DNA of 64,000 nucleotides from an uncultured Acidimicrobiaceae bacterium. GTDB lineage: Bacteria > Actinomycetota > Acidimicrobiia > Acidimicrobiales > Bog-793. The stretch covers positions 125,176-189,175 of the forward strand of contig CAWECD010000017.1 in NCBI GenBank assembly GCA_963807575.1. The letters run 5' to 3'. Each line of letters opens with the position of its first letter. Within the stretch, counting starts at the first letter, position 1. Of the stretch, positions 45,538-54,355 are shown piece by piece. The translations under genes and the position numbers were made by a program. The notes under the pieces are model-generated. The model had not been told where the DNA came from, ran no database searches, and worked only from the letters and a program-made list of their open reading frames with translations.

Positions 45538-47418
45538 TCAGTCCGCCCCCGGCACACCCGATTCAGGCTCACCGTCGGGACCGAAGCCCAACGACTTTGC
45601 GAACATCTCGGTGAAGGACCGATGCACCGTCAGCTCCACGTAGCGTACGCGGTTGGCCAGGCTGTCCGCCATCGCCCGACGTTCTCGCGACAACAGCAGC
45701 TGCTGGGCCCCCCGGCCCGCGGCATTTCCCACCTGCCGGTAGCGCTCTCGCCCCACATTCACTAACAGCCCCACGCCTATCGCGCTCTCGAGATCCAGGT
45801 AGGTGCCAAAAGCACCCGCCACAATGACGCTGTCCAGGCTCTTGGCCCCGATGCCGGCCTCTCTCAACAAGATCTCTGTACCGGCCCGGATCGCACCTTT
45901 GGCAAGCTGAATCTCGTTCACGTCAGAACGAGTGAAGACCACGTCGCGCCCATGGCCTGCCCGGCCCGCCGGCACCAGCAGGCAGGTGGGCCCGCTCTCG
46001 GTGCTGCTCACCAGCGGATGACCCTTGACGAGCGACCCTCGCTGGTCGATGATCCCGGCTTTCAATCCCTGGGCCACCACGTCCAGGATGCCCGAACCGC
46101 AGATGCCGATCGGTGGCGCCTTGGCGATGGTCTGCACCTGGAAAGCGCCCCCGTGAAAGCGCACGTGCTCGACGGCGCCGGGCGCCGCCCGCATCCCGTC
46201 ATGAATGTGCGCCCCCTCAAATGCCGGACCCGACGCAGTCGAGCAGCTCCAGATCGCGCCCTTGTGCGACAAGCTGATCTCCGTGTTCGTGCCAATGTCA
46301 AGGGCCAGCACAGTCAGTGTGGTGTCTGCCAGCCCGCTGGCCAGGAGCATCGCCACGTGGTCGGAGCCGACATAGCCCGCGATATTCGGCGGCAGATAAA
46401 GGGTGGCTCCCCCGTCGAGGTGCACGCCGATCTCCTCGGCACGCACCACCATTGAGTCGCTCACGCAAGCGACGTAGGGGGCCTCGCCCAACTGGCGCAC
46501 AGGCAGATCGGTCACAAAATGGTGCATGGCCGTGTTCCCGACCACGACGGCATCGACTATCTGGCCACGGTCCGCGCCGGCTTGCTGGCACAGCTCGCCC
46601 ACCATTCGGTTCAGCTCGTCAACCAGCCTCTCGTGCAGCAACTGTTTAGCCCCGTCAGCGGTGTTCGCGTAGGTGATACGAGTAACGACGTCTTCGCCGT
46701 AGGCCGTCTGAGGATTCATGGCGCCGACCTTGGCCAACGTCTCGCCACTGGCGAGGTCGACCAAGTACCCGGCCAGCTTGGTCGTTCCGGCGTCCACGGC
46801 CAGGCCGAGCAGCGCCCCGCCGGCAGGTTGGACCGAGACGAGCACCCCGGTACCCTCTGGGTGCCTGTACACAGCCCCTCGTCCCCGCCACTGTTGTGCG
46901 CGCAGCCGGTTCGAGCACGCCCTGGCACTCCCCAGGCTGATAGTGGTCGCTCCCGCGCCCGCCTGAGCCAGCGCCTCTTGCAACCGCGTGGTGTCGGCGC
47001 GCAAGTCATGCAGTGAAGGAGGTTCGAGCACCAGATCTACGCCGATGACCGGTGGGTCCAGTGTGAAGTCCACAGCCTGACCTTCGGTCTGCAGACGCTG
47101 TGGGGCACTGAGCGACTCGGGAGGTATTTCCAGGCGGACCGCACCACACACCAGCGCCTGGCAGGCCAGCCGCCAGCCCTCGCCACGCTCGATGGCAGTC
47201 AGCAGGCTCTCTTCCTCGGCGGTCTCAGCGCCGAGCGGGCCGTCGACCGCCCGGACGCGACAGGTGCCGCAGGTGCCCCCCCCGCCACACACCGACACCA
47301 TCTCGACGCCCGATGCCTGTGTGGCCTCCAAGACCGTCACGCCGGGCGCTACTCGCACTCGCCGGCCCACCGGCTGCAGCTCCACGCTGACAAGCGCTGC
47401 GGGATCGGCCTCAGCCAT
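45538..47418 (-). CDS. RACo-type reductive activator of corrinoid proteins ([2Fe-2S] ferredoxin + ASKHA ATPase, DUF4445)
   Basis: N-terminal plant-type ferredoxin CGGGGTCGTC; C-terminal sugar-kinase/Hsp70/actin fold with DAGTTK and DIGTNTE phosphate motifs. Confidence 0.8.
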   Translation of the reverse strand: MAEADPAALVSVELQPVGRRVRVAPGVTVLEATQASGVEMVSVCGGGGTCGTCRVRAVDGPLGAETAEEESLLTAIERGEGWRLACQALVCGAVRLEIPPESLSAPQRLQTEGQAVDFTLDPPVIGVDLVLEPPSLHDLRADTTRLQEALAQAGAGATTISLGSARACSNRLRAQQWRGRGAVYRHPEGTGVLVSVQPAGGALLGLAVDAGTTKLAGYLVDLASGETLAKVGAMNPQTAYGEDVVTRITYANTADGAKQLLHERLVDELNRMVGELCQQAGADRGQIVDAVVVGNTAMHHFVTDLPVRQLGEAPYVACVSDSMVVRAEEIGVHLDGGATLYLPPNIAGYVGSDHVAMLLASGLADTTLTVLALDIGTNTEISLSHKGAIWSCSTASGPAFEGAHIHDGMRAAPGAVEHVRFHGGAFQVQTIAKAPPIGICGSGILDVVAQGLKAGIIDQRGSLVKGHPLVSSTESGPTCLLVPAGRAGHGRDVVFTRSDVNEIQLAKGAIRAGTEILLREAGIGAKSLDSVIVAGAFGTYLDLESAIGVGLLVNVGRERYRQVGNAAGRGAQQLLLSRERRAMADSLANRVRYVELTVHRSFTEMFAKSLGFGPDGEPESGVPGAD

Positions 47419-48067
47419 GGTGGGAGATGTGCTCTTCCCGGTAGTGGCAGGTCGCAGCCATAGAGCAGTAGTCGCAGGACTCGCCGGCGTGCTCTACGTC
47501 CGGCCCGATACCGATCGCCATGGAGGTCGACTTCTTCGGCACCATCATGTAGCCGTCGGTCAATCTGACACCCGCCGAGGCCGCGTCGAGGAGGGCGAAG
47601 ATCTGGCGCTGGCCGCTCGCTACCGGCCAGCCCACCAGGCCCGGGCTCAGGGGCACGGTGGTCTGAAGTCCCTCGGCGTTGGCCCGCTCGTCCACCATCT
47701 GGCACATGGCTTGGCCCAACAGGTCAACCGCGGCCGAGCCGAAGGCGTCAAGAGCGAGCGCCAGGGCCGGGTTCTCGGCGAAGCACGCCGAGGCCGTCTC
47801 CTCGAGCGCGGGGCCGATGGAGCAGACGGCCAGCACTACCGAGAGTGCGGCATGCAGGTGCTCGGCGACGAGCGGGCCGGAAAGATAGCCCCCCTCTTCG
47901 AGGCGGACCCGCTCGTGGCGGAACTCTCTCACCGGGAAGCTCTCGGTCACCACGACCGGGGCCAGGAGGGGCCTACCGGCTGTGACCGCCTGCTCAGCGA
48001 CACCGAGCGCCGATGACCGGCGCCGGCGCACGACCGTCGGGTCCGCGCCAAGTGAGCGCAGAACCAT
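47411..48067 (-). CDS. hypothetical protein of corrinoid-methyltransferase operon (C-terminal CxxC...C..H motif; possibly DUF1638-like)
   Basis: 218 aa, start/stop overlaps with neighbours (translational coupling); C-terminal ESCDYCSMAATCHYREEH. Confidence 0.45.
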   Translation of the reverse strand: MVLRSLGADPTVVRRRRSSALGVAEQAVTAGRPLLAPVVVTESFPVREFRHERVRLEEGGYLSGPLVAEHLHAALSVVLAVCSIGPALEETASACFAENPALALALDAFGSAAVDLLGQAMCQMVDERANAEGLQTTVPLSPGLVGWPVASGQRQIFALLDAASAGVRLTDGYMMVPKKSTSMAIGIGPDVEHAGESCDYCSMAATCHYREEHISHHG

Positions 48068-48105
48068 CTCGGCGTCGGGGCTGAGCGCCCAGTCCTTGAT
48101 CAGTT

Positions 48106-48741
48106 TCAGGCGGCAAGCACCTCTTTCACCAGGCGCACGGCACTGGAGGCGTCCTCCGCGTAGCCGTCGGCCCCGATCTCGTCCGCATACGACTTGGTGA
48201 TCGGCGCCCCTCCGATGACGATGCGCACCTGGTCGCGGAGTCCCGCCGCTTTGATCGCCTCGATGGCGACCTGCATGTTGATCATCGTCGTTGTCAACAG
48301 CGCCGACATCGCCACCACGTTCGCCCCGTCGCGGATCGCCTGGATGAACTTCTCCGCCGGAACGTCCACGCCCAGGTCGACGATCTCGTAGCCCGAGCCC
48401 TCGAGCATCATCGCCACGAGGTTCTTCCCGATGTCGTGCAGGTCCCCCTGGGTGGTGCCGATCGCCACCTTGCCGCTGGATGCCACCCCCTCTTCTACGA
48501 GGTGGGGCTTGAGCACGCTGAGCGCCGCTGTCATGGCCCGGGCGGCCACCAGCATCTCGGGCACGAAGATCTCACCTTCCTCATAGAGCTTGCCCACCTC
48601 GGCCATGGCCTTGATCAGGCCCTCCCGCAGCAAGGTCCCCGCCTCGATGCCGCCGTCCAAGCCCTCGGTCACCTTGGCGACGGCAAGCTTTGCCTGCCCG
48701 TCCACTACTGCCTCACGAAGCTCCTCGATCAACGCCATGGC
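48106..48741 (-). CDS. cobalamin-binding corrinoid protein (MtaC/MtbC-like)
   Basis: B12-binding N-cap helix bundle then Rossmann domain with DxHxxG motif (GDLHDIGKNLVAMMLEGSGYEIVDLG) and SALLTTT; start at internal ATG MALIEEL. Confidence 0.8.
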   Translation of the reverse strand, partial: AMALIEELREAVVDGQAKLAVAKVTEGLDGGIEAGTLLREGLIKAMAEVGKLYEEGEIFVPEMLVAARAMTAALSVLKPHLVEEGVASSGKVAIGTTQGDLHDIGKNLVAMMLEGSGYEIVDLGVDVPAEKFIQAIRDGANVVAMSALLTTTMINMQVAIEAIKAAGLRDQVRIVIGGAPITKSYADEIGADGYAEDASSAVRLVKEVLAA

Positions 48742-48879
48742 GTTCCTGCTCCATTCTCCTGGTGTTCGATGCGGACGTGCACAGCTTCGGGACACGCGAG
48801 CCCAGATCGTCGTCGACCCCGAGCGAGCGGACTTCCCGCGATGTTGCCGCCACACGCGGATGCCTGGCCAAAGACACTG

Positions 48880-50295
48880 CTAGTCGCCGTACTGCTCGGT
48901 CAGTTCGCTTGCCATCTGGGCCCACTGCCACAGGCGCTGAGGCTCATAGCGCACGGTGCTCACGTCTTTCATGATGACCTCGACGACGCACCCGTGCGCC
49001 TTGGTCTTGTCGAGGACGGTCTTCAAGTCGTGCCTGGCCTTGTCGAGGTTCCAGGTGGTCTCGGCGAACACCGCCGGGTTGGGCTTGTGGGAGAACACGT
49101 AGCGGCTGCCCACATTGGCCACGGCCTCGTCGATATTGACCCAGGGGCTCATCGACACCTTGCGCAGGTTGGGCACCTTCTCCAAGATGGCCATCTTGCG
49201 GTGCAGGGGATCGCAGCAGCCGTAGTAGGTCAAGCCGAACCGGCTCATCCACCTCAGCTCGTACTGCAGCGAGAACTCCCAGTGCATGCGCGGCGAGACG
49301 TCGGAGAAGATCTGGGCGGCGCCGCTGCCCCAGAGGTCCTTCGCCCGTACGTGTGCAGGGTCGAAGTCCGGAGGCGGCAGCTCGTGCGTGTAGCCGAGGC
49401 CGCCAGAACCTATCCGGAAGTAGGCGTTGTTGAGCGTCAGCAGGTCCTGGGCTTCAAACTGGTCGAGCATGGCGCAGTAGGCGTTCACGAGCTTGTCTAT
49501 GGCCTTGTGGACGAACTCGGGACGGTCGTAGAGGTCCACCATGGCCTCCTGGACGCCCCACCACCTGATCATCTCGTCCCAGGGCGCGAACCAGAAGCAG
49601 AAACCATTCGCCCCAAGCTTGTTGACCTCGACGACCCCGTCCATGATCTCCGACAGCTGCTCGTGCTGCTCCTCGGATGCCGCAGCGTCATGGGTAATGA
49701 CCGGGACCTTGATCTTCTCGAGGTCGTCCTCATCTCGTATCTGGATGTTGAAGTGCCGGGAGACAACCGAATTCGCCTCGTCGGTGACGGCAATGTCCAC
49801 GTCTTCGGCGATACCGAACGCCGTGTTGTGCACCACCAACGGCGACCACACCACCGGTTCCACGACCATGTCCGCCGCCATGTGCTGCCATTGATAGATC
49901 AGCTTGCGCATCTCCCATTCGTGGTAGCGGCTCCACTCGCTGGATGTCTGCAGGCGCAACTCGCCGTCGACGTCCATCTCGTGCCACGGGACCTCGTCGA
50001 TCCAGACCATCGGCTTGACATGCTTGAGCCCGTTCATGGCACGCCAGCTGGAGGCGGTCTCGGCGTGCCCCGGCAGCGCGGCGATGGCCGCCAGCCGCTC
50101 GCCCAAGTGGCGCAGGACCTTCTTGTCGGCTTCGGTGACCTCTGCGGGGGTACCCGTCAAGGTCCCTCTTCGTGACGGGTCGACCAGCCAGTTTGTATCC
50201 TCCATCGAAACTCGCCCCAATCCTTGGGCTTGAAACGAAATTTCTGCGACCTTACCAGATCCGATCTGAGCCTCAGAAATCGTTATCTGAGTCAT
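48880..50295 (-). CDS. URO-D-fold methyltransferase (MtaA/CmuA-like) with ~150-aa N-terminal extension
   Basis: Segment FAPWDEMIRWWGVQEAMVDLYDRPEFVHKAIDKLVNAYCAML parallels HemE/MtaA SPWTLA...LYxEPELLHxLLDKLT region; operon context with corrinoid protein and RACo. Confidence 0.55.
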   Translation of the reverse strand: MTQITISEAQIGSGKVAEISFQAQGLGRVSMEDTNWLVDPSRRGTLTGTPAEVTEADKKVLRHLGERLAAIAALPGHAETASSWRAMNGLKHVKPMVWIDEVPWHEMDVDGELRLQTSSEWSRYHEWEMRKLIYQWQHMAADMVVEPVVWSPLVVHNTAFGIAEDVDIAVTDEANSVVSRHFNIQIRDEDDLEKIKVPVITHDAAASEEQHEQLSEIMDGVVEVNKLGANGFCFWFAPWDEMIRWWGVQEAMVDLYDRPEFVHKAIDKLVNAYCAMLDQFEAQDLLTLNNAYFRIGSGGLGYTHELPPPDFDPAHVRAKDLWGSGAAQIFSDVSPRMHWEFSLQYELRWMSRFGLTYYGCCDPLHRKMAILEKVPNLRKVSMSPWVNIDEAVANVGSRYVFSHKPNPAVFAETTWNLDKARHDLKTVLDKTKAHGCVVEVIMKDVSTVRYEPQRLWQWAQMASELTEQYGD

Positions 50296-50376
50296 GGGAC
50301 CTTGGCGGCGGTGGCGCGGCGAGCCCCGTCGGCCTCGTTCTGCAGTTCTCGGCGCTCTACGGGCGTTCTCGAGGAG

Positions 50377-51570
50377 CTACAGCTTCAGGACTCCCCGAAG
50401 GTTCCTCACGGCCTGGGCGATCCTCTGCTCGTTCTCGATGAGAGCGAATCTGACGTAGCCCTCTCCCCCGGGCCCGAAGCCGTTTCCTGGAGACGTCGCC
50501 ACCTTCGCCTCGGAGACGAGGAACTTGGAGAACCCGAGTGAGCCCATCTCCCGATAGGGCTCTGGGACCCTGGCCCAGACGAACATAGTGCCCTTGGGCT
50601 TGGGCACTTCCCAACCGAGACGCGCGAGTCCCTCGCAGAGGGCGTTGCGACGCCCCTGGTAGATCTCGGTCACCAGCTTGGGGTAGTCCGGTGCCTCGTT
50701 CATGGCGACGATCGCTGCGATCTGTATCGGCTGGAAAGTTCCATAGTCGAGGTAGCTCTTGAGCTTGGTAAGGCCCTGGACGATCTCGGCATTGCCGACA
50801 AGAAAGGCCACTCGCCAGCCCGCCATGGAGAACGACTTGGTGAGGGTGTAGAGCTCGACAGCTACTTCGGACGCGCCCGGGACCTGGAGGATCGAAGGAG
50901 GTTGGTACCCGTCAAAGGCCGTGTCCGAATAGGCGAAGTCGTGCACCAGGACCACGCCATGCTCACGAGCGAACTCGACGAGCCTGGTCATGGTGACGAG
51001 GTCGATGCACGCCGTCGTCGGGTTGTGAGGAAACGAGAGGATCGCGACCCGGGGCTTCGGCCACACCGACTCCCACGCCTCGACGAGGTTGGCGAAGAAG
51101 GTCTCACCGGCGTCCATCTCGTCGTTGCCGAGCCCCTCCAGCCTCACCATCTGGACATCGGCGCCGGCAAAGAGCGGTGCGTACAGATGGATCGGGTACG
51201 ACGGCGAGGGAACCAGAGCCGTGTCGCCAGGTCCTACAAGGACCCACATCAGGTGCGAGAGCCCCTCTTTGGCCCCGATGGTGGTCACCACCTCGCGGTC
51301 GGGGTCCAGGTGAACATCGAGACGCCGCAGGTACAAGTCCGCTATCGCCTGCCTGAGCCGGGGTATCCCGCGGCTGGCCGAATAGCGGTGATTGCGGGGA
51401 TTTCGAGCGGCCTCGGCCAGCTTCTCGACGGCCACGTCTGGCGATGGGATATCGGGGTTCCCAAAGCCGAGGTCGATGACATCGTCACCAGCACGGCGCG
51501 CCTGCAACTTCAACTGATCGATCTCCGCGAAAACGTACGGAGGAAGTCCTTGGATCCTGCGAAGCTCCAT
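50377..51570 (-). CDS. class I PLP-dependent aminotransferase (AlaA/DapL-like)
   Basis: N-terminal LPPYVFAEI, PLP lysine region SKSFSMAGWRVAF, 397 aa. Confidence 0.85.
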   Translation of the reverse strand: MELRRIQGLPPYVFAEIDQLKLQARRAGDDVIDLGFGNPDIPSPDVAVEKLAEAARNPRNHRYSASRGIPRLRQAIADLYLRRLDVHLDPDREVVTTIGAKEGLSHLMWVLVGPGDTALVPSPSYPIHLYAPLFAGADVQMVRLEGLGNDEMDAGETFFANLVEAWESVWPKPRVAILSFPHNPTTACIDLVTMTRLVEFAREHGVVLVHDFAYSDTAFDGYQPPSILQVPGASEVAVELYTLTKSFSMAGWRVAFLVGNAEIVQGLTKLKSYLDYGTFQPIQIAAIVAMNEAPDYPKLVTEIYQGRRNALCEGLARLGWEVPKPKGTMFVWARVPEPYREMGSLGFSKFLVSEAKVATSPGNGFGPGGEGYVRFALIENEQRIAQAVRNLRGVLKL

Positions 51571-51586
51571 CGTGCGACGTTAGCCT

Positions 51587-52294
51587 CTACTCTCCGTCGT
51601 CTTGCAAGCCTGCCAGGCGCAAGGCCTCGGTGACGAGATCGACCGAGCGCGGCCAGCTCCAGATCGCCCATGTGGCCCCGGCGGCCCGCAGGTTCATCAG
51701 CTGGTCAGCTGCAGGGCCCGCTTCGGCCGGAAACGAGCCCGCCCAGGTCGCCGGCCCGAGAGCGGCCTCGGCCTCCAACCGGCCCAGTCCCACTTCCCAC
51801 AAGTTGACCGTCGCTCCCATGCCATGGGCTATCTCGAGGGTCGCCGGTGCCATCGCTCCCACCCAGCATTCGATCCCGCGCCGAGTGAGCTCGGCGAGCA
51901 TGGCGACCAACGATGCCCGCCGGTCCTCGAGTGAAGGCCACTCGATCCCGTAAGCCTCGTTCTCGGCAACGCTCTTCGCGTCGCCGATGCCGAGCGCGGC
52001 CACCAGACGGTGCCCGGTCAGCTCATGCAGAGAAACGAACGACTCGACCACCAGCCGGTCGGGCAGGAAGCCCACCCTTGCCACGAGCGATCCGATCCGG
52101 ATGTTCCGCGTCGTTGCTGCGACAGCGCCCAGTATCGGGAACATCGACAGAGCGGGCCGCGACCTCTTGGTGCCCCGCCAGAGGTGATCGAAGACGAAGA
52201 CGCCATCGATCCCGGCTCTTTCCGCGGCACTTGCTGCCGCGAGCGCTGCAGCGGCGGTCGGCTCGAACGTCGGGAGGGTGATGCCGACCTTCAC
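51587..52294 (-). CDS. LLM-class flavin/F420-dependent oxidoreductase (short form)
   Basis: MKVGITLPTFEP and GIDGVFVFDHL signatures of luciferase-like family. Confidence 0.7.
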   Translation of the reverse strand: MKVGITLPTFEPTAAAALAAASAAERAGIDGVFVFDHLWRGTKRSRPALSMFPILGAVAATTRNIRIGSLVARVGFLPDRLVVESFVSLHELTGHRLVAALGIGDAKSVAENEAYGIEWPSLEDRRASLVAMLAELTRRGIECWVGAMAPATLEIAHGMGATVNLWEVGLGRLEAEAALGPATWAGSFPAEAGPAADQLMNLRAAGATWAIWSWPRSVDLVTEALRLAGLQDDGE

Positions 52295-52330
52295 GCCGTT
52301 AGACCTCCCTGAGCCCTGGGCTCGGAAGGT

Positions 52331-52813
52331 TCACGACGTCGACTCGACCCGTGCCTTCAGGTCCCGGATCGCAGCATGGATGATGTTGCCCTCGGCCCTT
52401 CGCTTGATGAAACCCGGCAGTGGCACCCGCAGCTCGACGGCAAGCTGGTAGGTGACTTCGGTCCCGCCTTCAGGTGCAGACTTGAAGCGATATATGCCGT
52501 CGAGGCGGCTCGTGAGATCCCCTTCTCGCTGGACCCAGCGAAGCTCCGTCGGTGCCTGCGCATAGTCGTAGGCAAGGGTGTAGTTCGTGCTGCGCCCGAA
52601 AGCAGCCGCCCGGAACGAGACAAGCGAAGGCCGTCCCTGCTGGTCGCGCTCGTGGACGTGAACCTCCTTCAAATCGGCGACCCATTCCGGATAACTCTCG
52701 ATGTCAGCCACGACCTCGAAGCACCGCGTTGGGGAGCCGTCGACGACCATCCGCTCAATGGTCTGATCGGTCACACGTCCTCCTCTCTGCACTGGTGGAC
52801 TCCAGCCTCGCAT
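52331..52813 (-). CDS. SRPBCC (polyketide cyclase/dehydrase-like) protein
   Basis: FEVVADIESYPEWVADLKEV motif region; start uncertain within first 15 codons. Confidence 0.6.
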   Translation of the reverse strand: MRGWSPPVQRGGRVTDQTIERMVVDGSPTRCFEVVADIESYPEWVADLKEVHVHERDQQGRPSLVSFRAAAFGRSTNYTLAYDYAQAPTELRWVQREGDLTSRLDGIYRFKSAPEGGTEVTYQLAVELRVPLPGFIKRRAEGNIIHAAIRDLKARVESTS

Positions 52814-52895
52814 CTCCTCGGGCTGTCGGCCAGCATTGGCCGACCGCTGATGCCGGTCCAGCCCTCGCCGACGATCAGCACATCAACTGGCGTGA

Positions 52896-54023
52896 TCAAG
52901 TTCCCATCTCTACCAGGGTCCGGTGCAAGATTCGGGCCAGCTTGTCGTAGTCGAACTCACTGACGGCCCTCCGGCGTGCCTCGGCGCCCAGGCGCTCACG
53001 AAGCTCCGGATCGTCCAGCAAACTTGCCAACGCGGCCGCGACCGCGGTCGCGTCGCCCGGGCGGTCCACCACGAGCCCCGTCTTGCCGTCGAGGACGGCC
53101 TCGTCCGAGCCGCCGCTGCGCCCGGCGAGCTGGGCGACACCGGCGGCGGCAGCTTCGAGAAACACGATCCCGAATCCCTCCTGCTCAAGACCGAACCATC
53201 GGTCACGACAGCACATCGCCCAGACGTCCGCGGCGGCATCGAGCATCGGCAGGTCATCGTCGCCGACCCGGCCGAGAAACCGCACTGGCGCTCCACAACG
53301 TCTCGCCGCCAGCTCCAGACGTCTGCGATCCCGGCCGGAGCCTCCGATCGCGAGCGTCAGGTCCGGTCGCTCCTCGCTCAGCTGCCCCACCGCCTCGATC
53401 AGCACGTCCATACCTTTGCGCGGAACGAGCCGGCTCACACTAACGACAAGCCTGCCCTCGGTGGGCAGACCCATCCTTCGCCTCACTGCCACTCGCTCAT
53501 CAGAGCCGAGCGGATGGAAGCGCTCGTGGTCGACGCCGGGCGGCACTATGACGAACCGCGGCTTACGCGCGCTGGCGACACGCGCGGCCTCGGCGGCCGG
53601 ATAGCCGCCCGCGGCAATGGCAAGCGACGCCCCGGACAACACGGACCCCAAGAGCTGGCGCGAGACCGGCAGGCGTCCGGGAAGGGCCACCTCGGCGCCG
53701 TGGAGTACCACGCCGTACGGCGCCTGCAGCCAGTTGCCGAGCAGGCCGAGTGGAAGTGCGGGATCCAGCAGCACGAGCCCGCCGCCTGTGGCTTGCGACA
53801 GTTGTCGCACCGTCCGCGCCAGGTGGGGCGTCGGCAGCAGGACCGGCGACCGCGACCGCTCGACGCGAAAACCCTGCCGGCGGTCGAACTCCCCAGCACC
53901 GCGGAAGGCGGTCGTGAGGACCGTGAGCTCCTGAGGGGGCAGCCGGCGGAACAGCTCGTACAGGTACGACTGGATGCCACCGACCTTGGGCGGAAAGTCA
54001 TTGGTGACGAGCATGTACCCCAT
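52896..54023 (-). CDS. GT4-family glycosyltransferase (PimB/MshA-like)
   Basis: N-terminal MLVTNDFPPKVGGIQSY and C-terminal EGFGIVFLEAAAAG...E motif of retaining GT-B enzymes. Confidence 0.8.
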   Translation of the reverse strand: MGYMLVTNDFPPKVGGIQSYLYELFRRLPPQELTVLTTAFRGAGEFDRRQGFRVERSRSPVLLPTPHLARTVRQLSQATGGGLVLLDPALPLGLLGNWLQAPYGVVLHGAEVALPGRLPVSRQLLGSVLSGASLAIAAGGYPAAEAARVASARKPRFVIVPPGVDHERFHPLGSDERVAVRRRMGLPTEGRLVVSVSRLVPRKGMDVLIEAVGQLSEERPDLTLAIGGSGRDRRRLELAARRCGAPVRFLGRVGDDDLPMLDAAADVWAMCCRDRWFGLEQEGFGIVFLEAAAAGVAQLAGRSGGSDEAVLDGKTGLVVDRPGDATAVAAALASLLDDPELRERLGAEARRRAVSEFDYDKLARILHRTLVEMGT

Positions 54024-54065
54024 CAGCCGAGCACTCCGGGCGCTGTGGGCCGGTCACGGCGTCGA

Positions 54066-54269
54066 TCACCCGACGCGCCGACGAAAGCGTAGCTCGGGCA
54101 CCAGGCCAGCTCGCTGGAGCATGCGGACGGCGCGAGCCTCAGCGACGTCGACCACGATCCCAGCGGTGACCGGGTGACCCAGCACGAAGGTGACGACGCA
54201 ATCCTCACAAGCTGAGGTCTCATGCAGGACACACTCATCGCAGCTTATGGACACGCTCTCGGTCGGCAT
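54066..54269 (-). CDS. small Cys4 zinc-ribbon-like protein (hypothetical)
   Basis: 67 aa, SCDECVLHETSACEDCVV (CxxC-x7-CxxC); non-GC-biased composition unlike surrounding spurious ORFs. Confidence 0.35.
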   Translation of the reverse strand: MPTESVSISCDECVLHETSACEDCVVTFVLGHPVTAGIVVDVAEARAVRMLQRAGLVPELRFRRRVG

Positions 54270-54355
54270 CGCTCCTCTTCCTGATCTCTGTCACACGCAA
54301 CACGGGCCATCCGCCCGCCCCTGAAGGCAGGCGGCCGGTCAAGGACCACCAGGAG

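Noticed and set aside
50296-50376. Searched for a B12 riboswitch upstream of the methyltransferase operon and of nrdJ
   Set aside because: Neither leader contains the conserved core motifs; only the 25.7-kb leader does.
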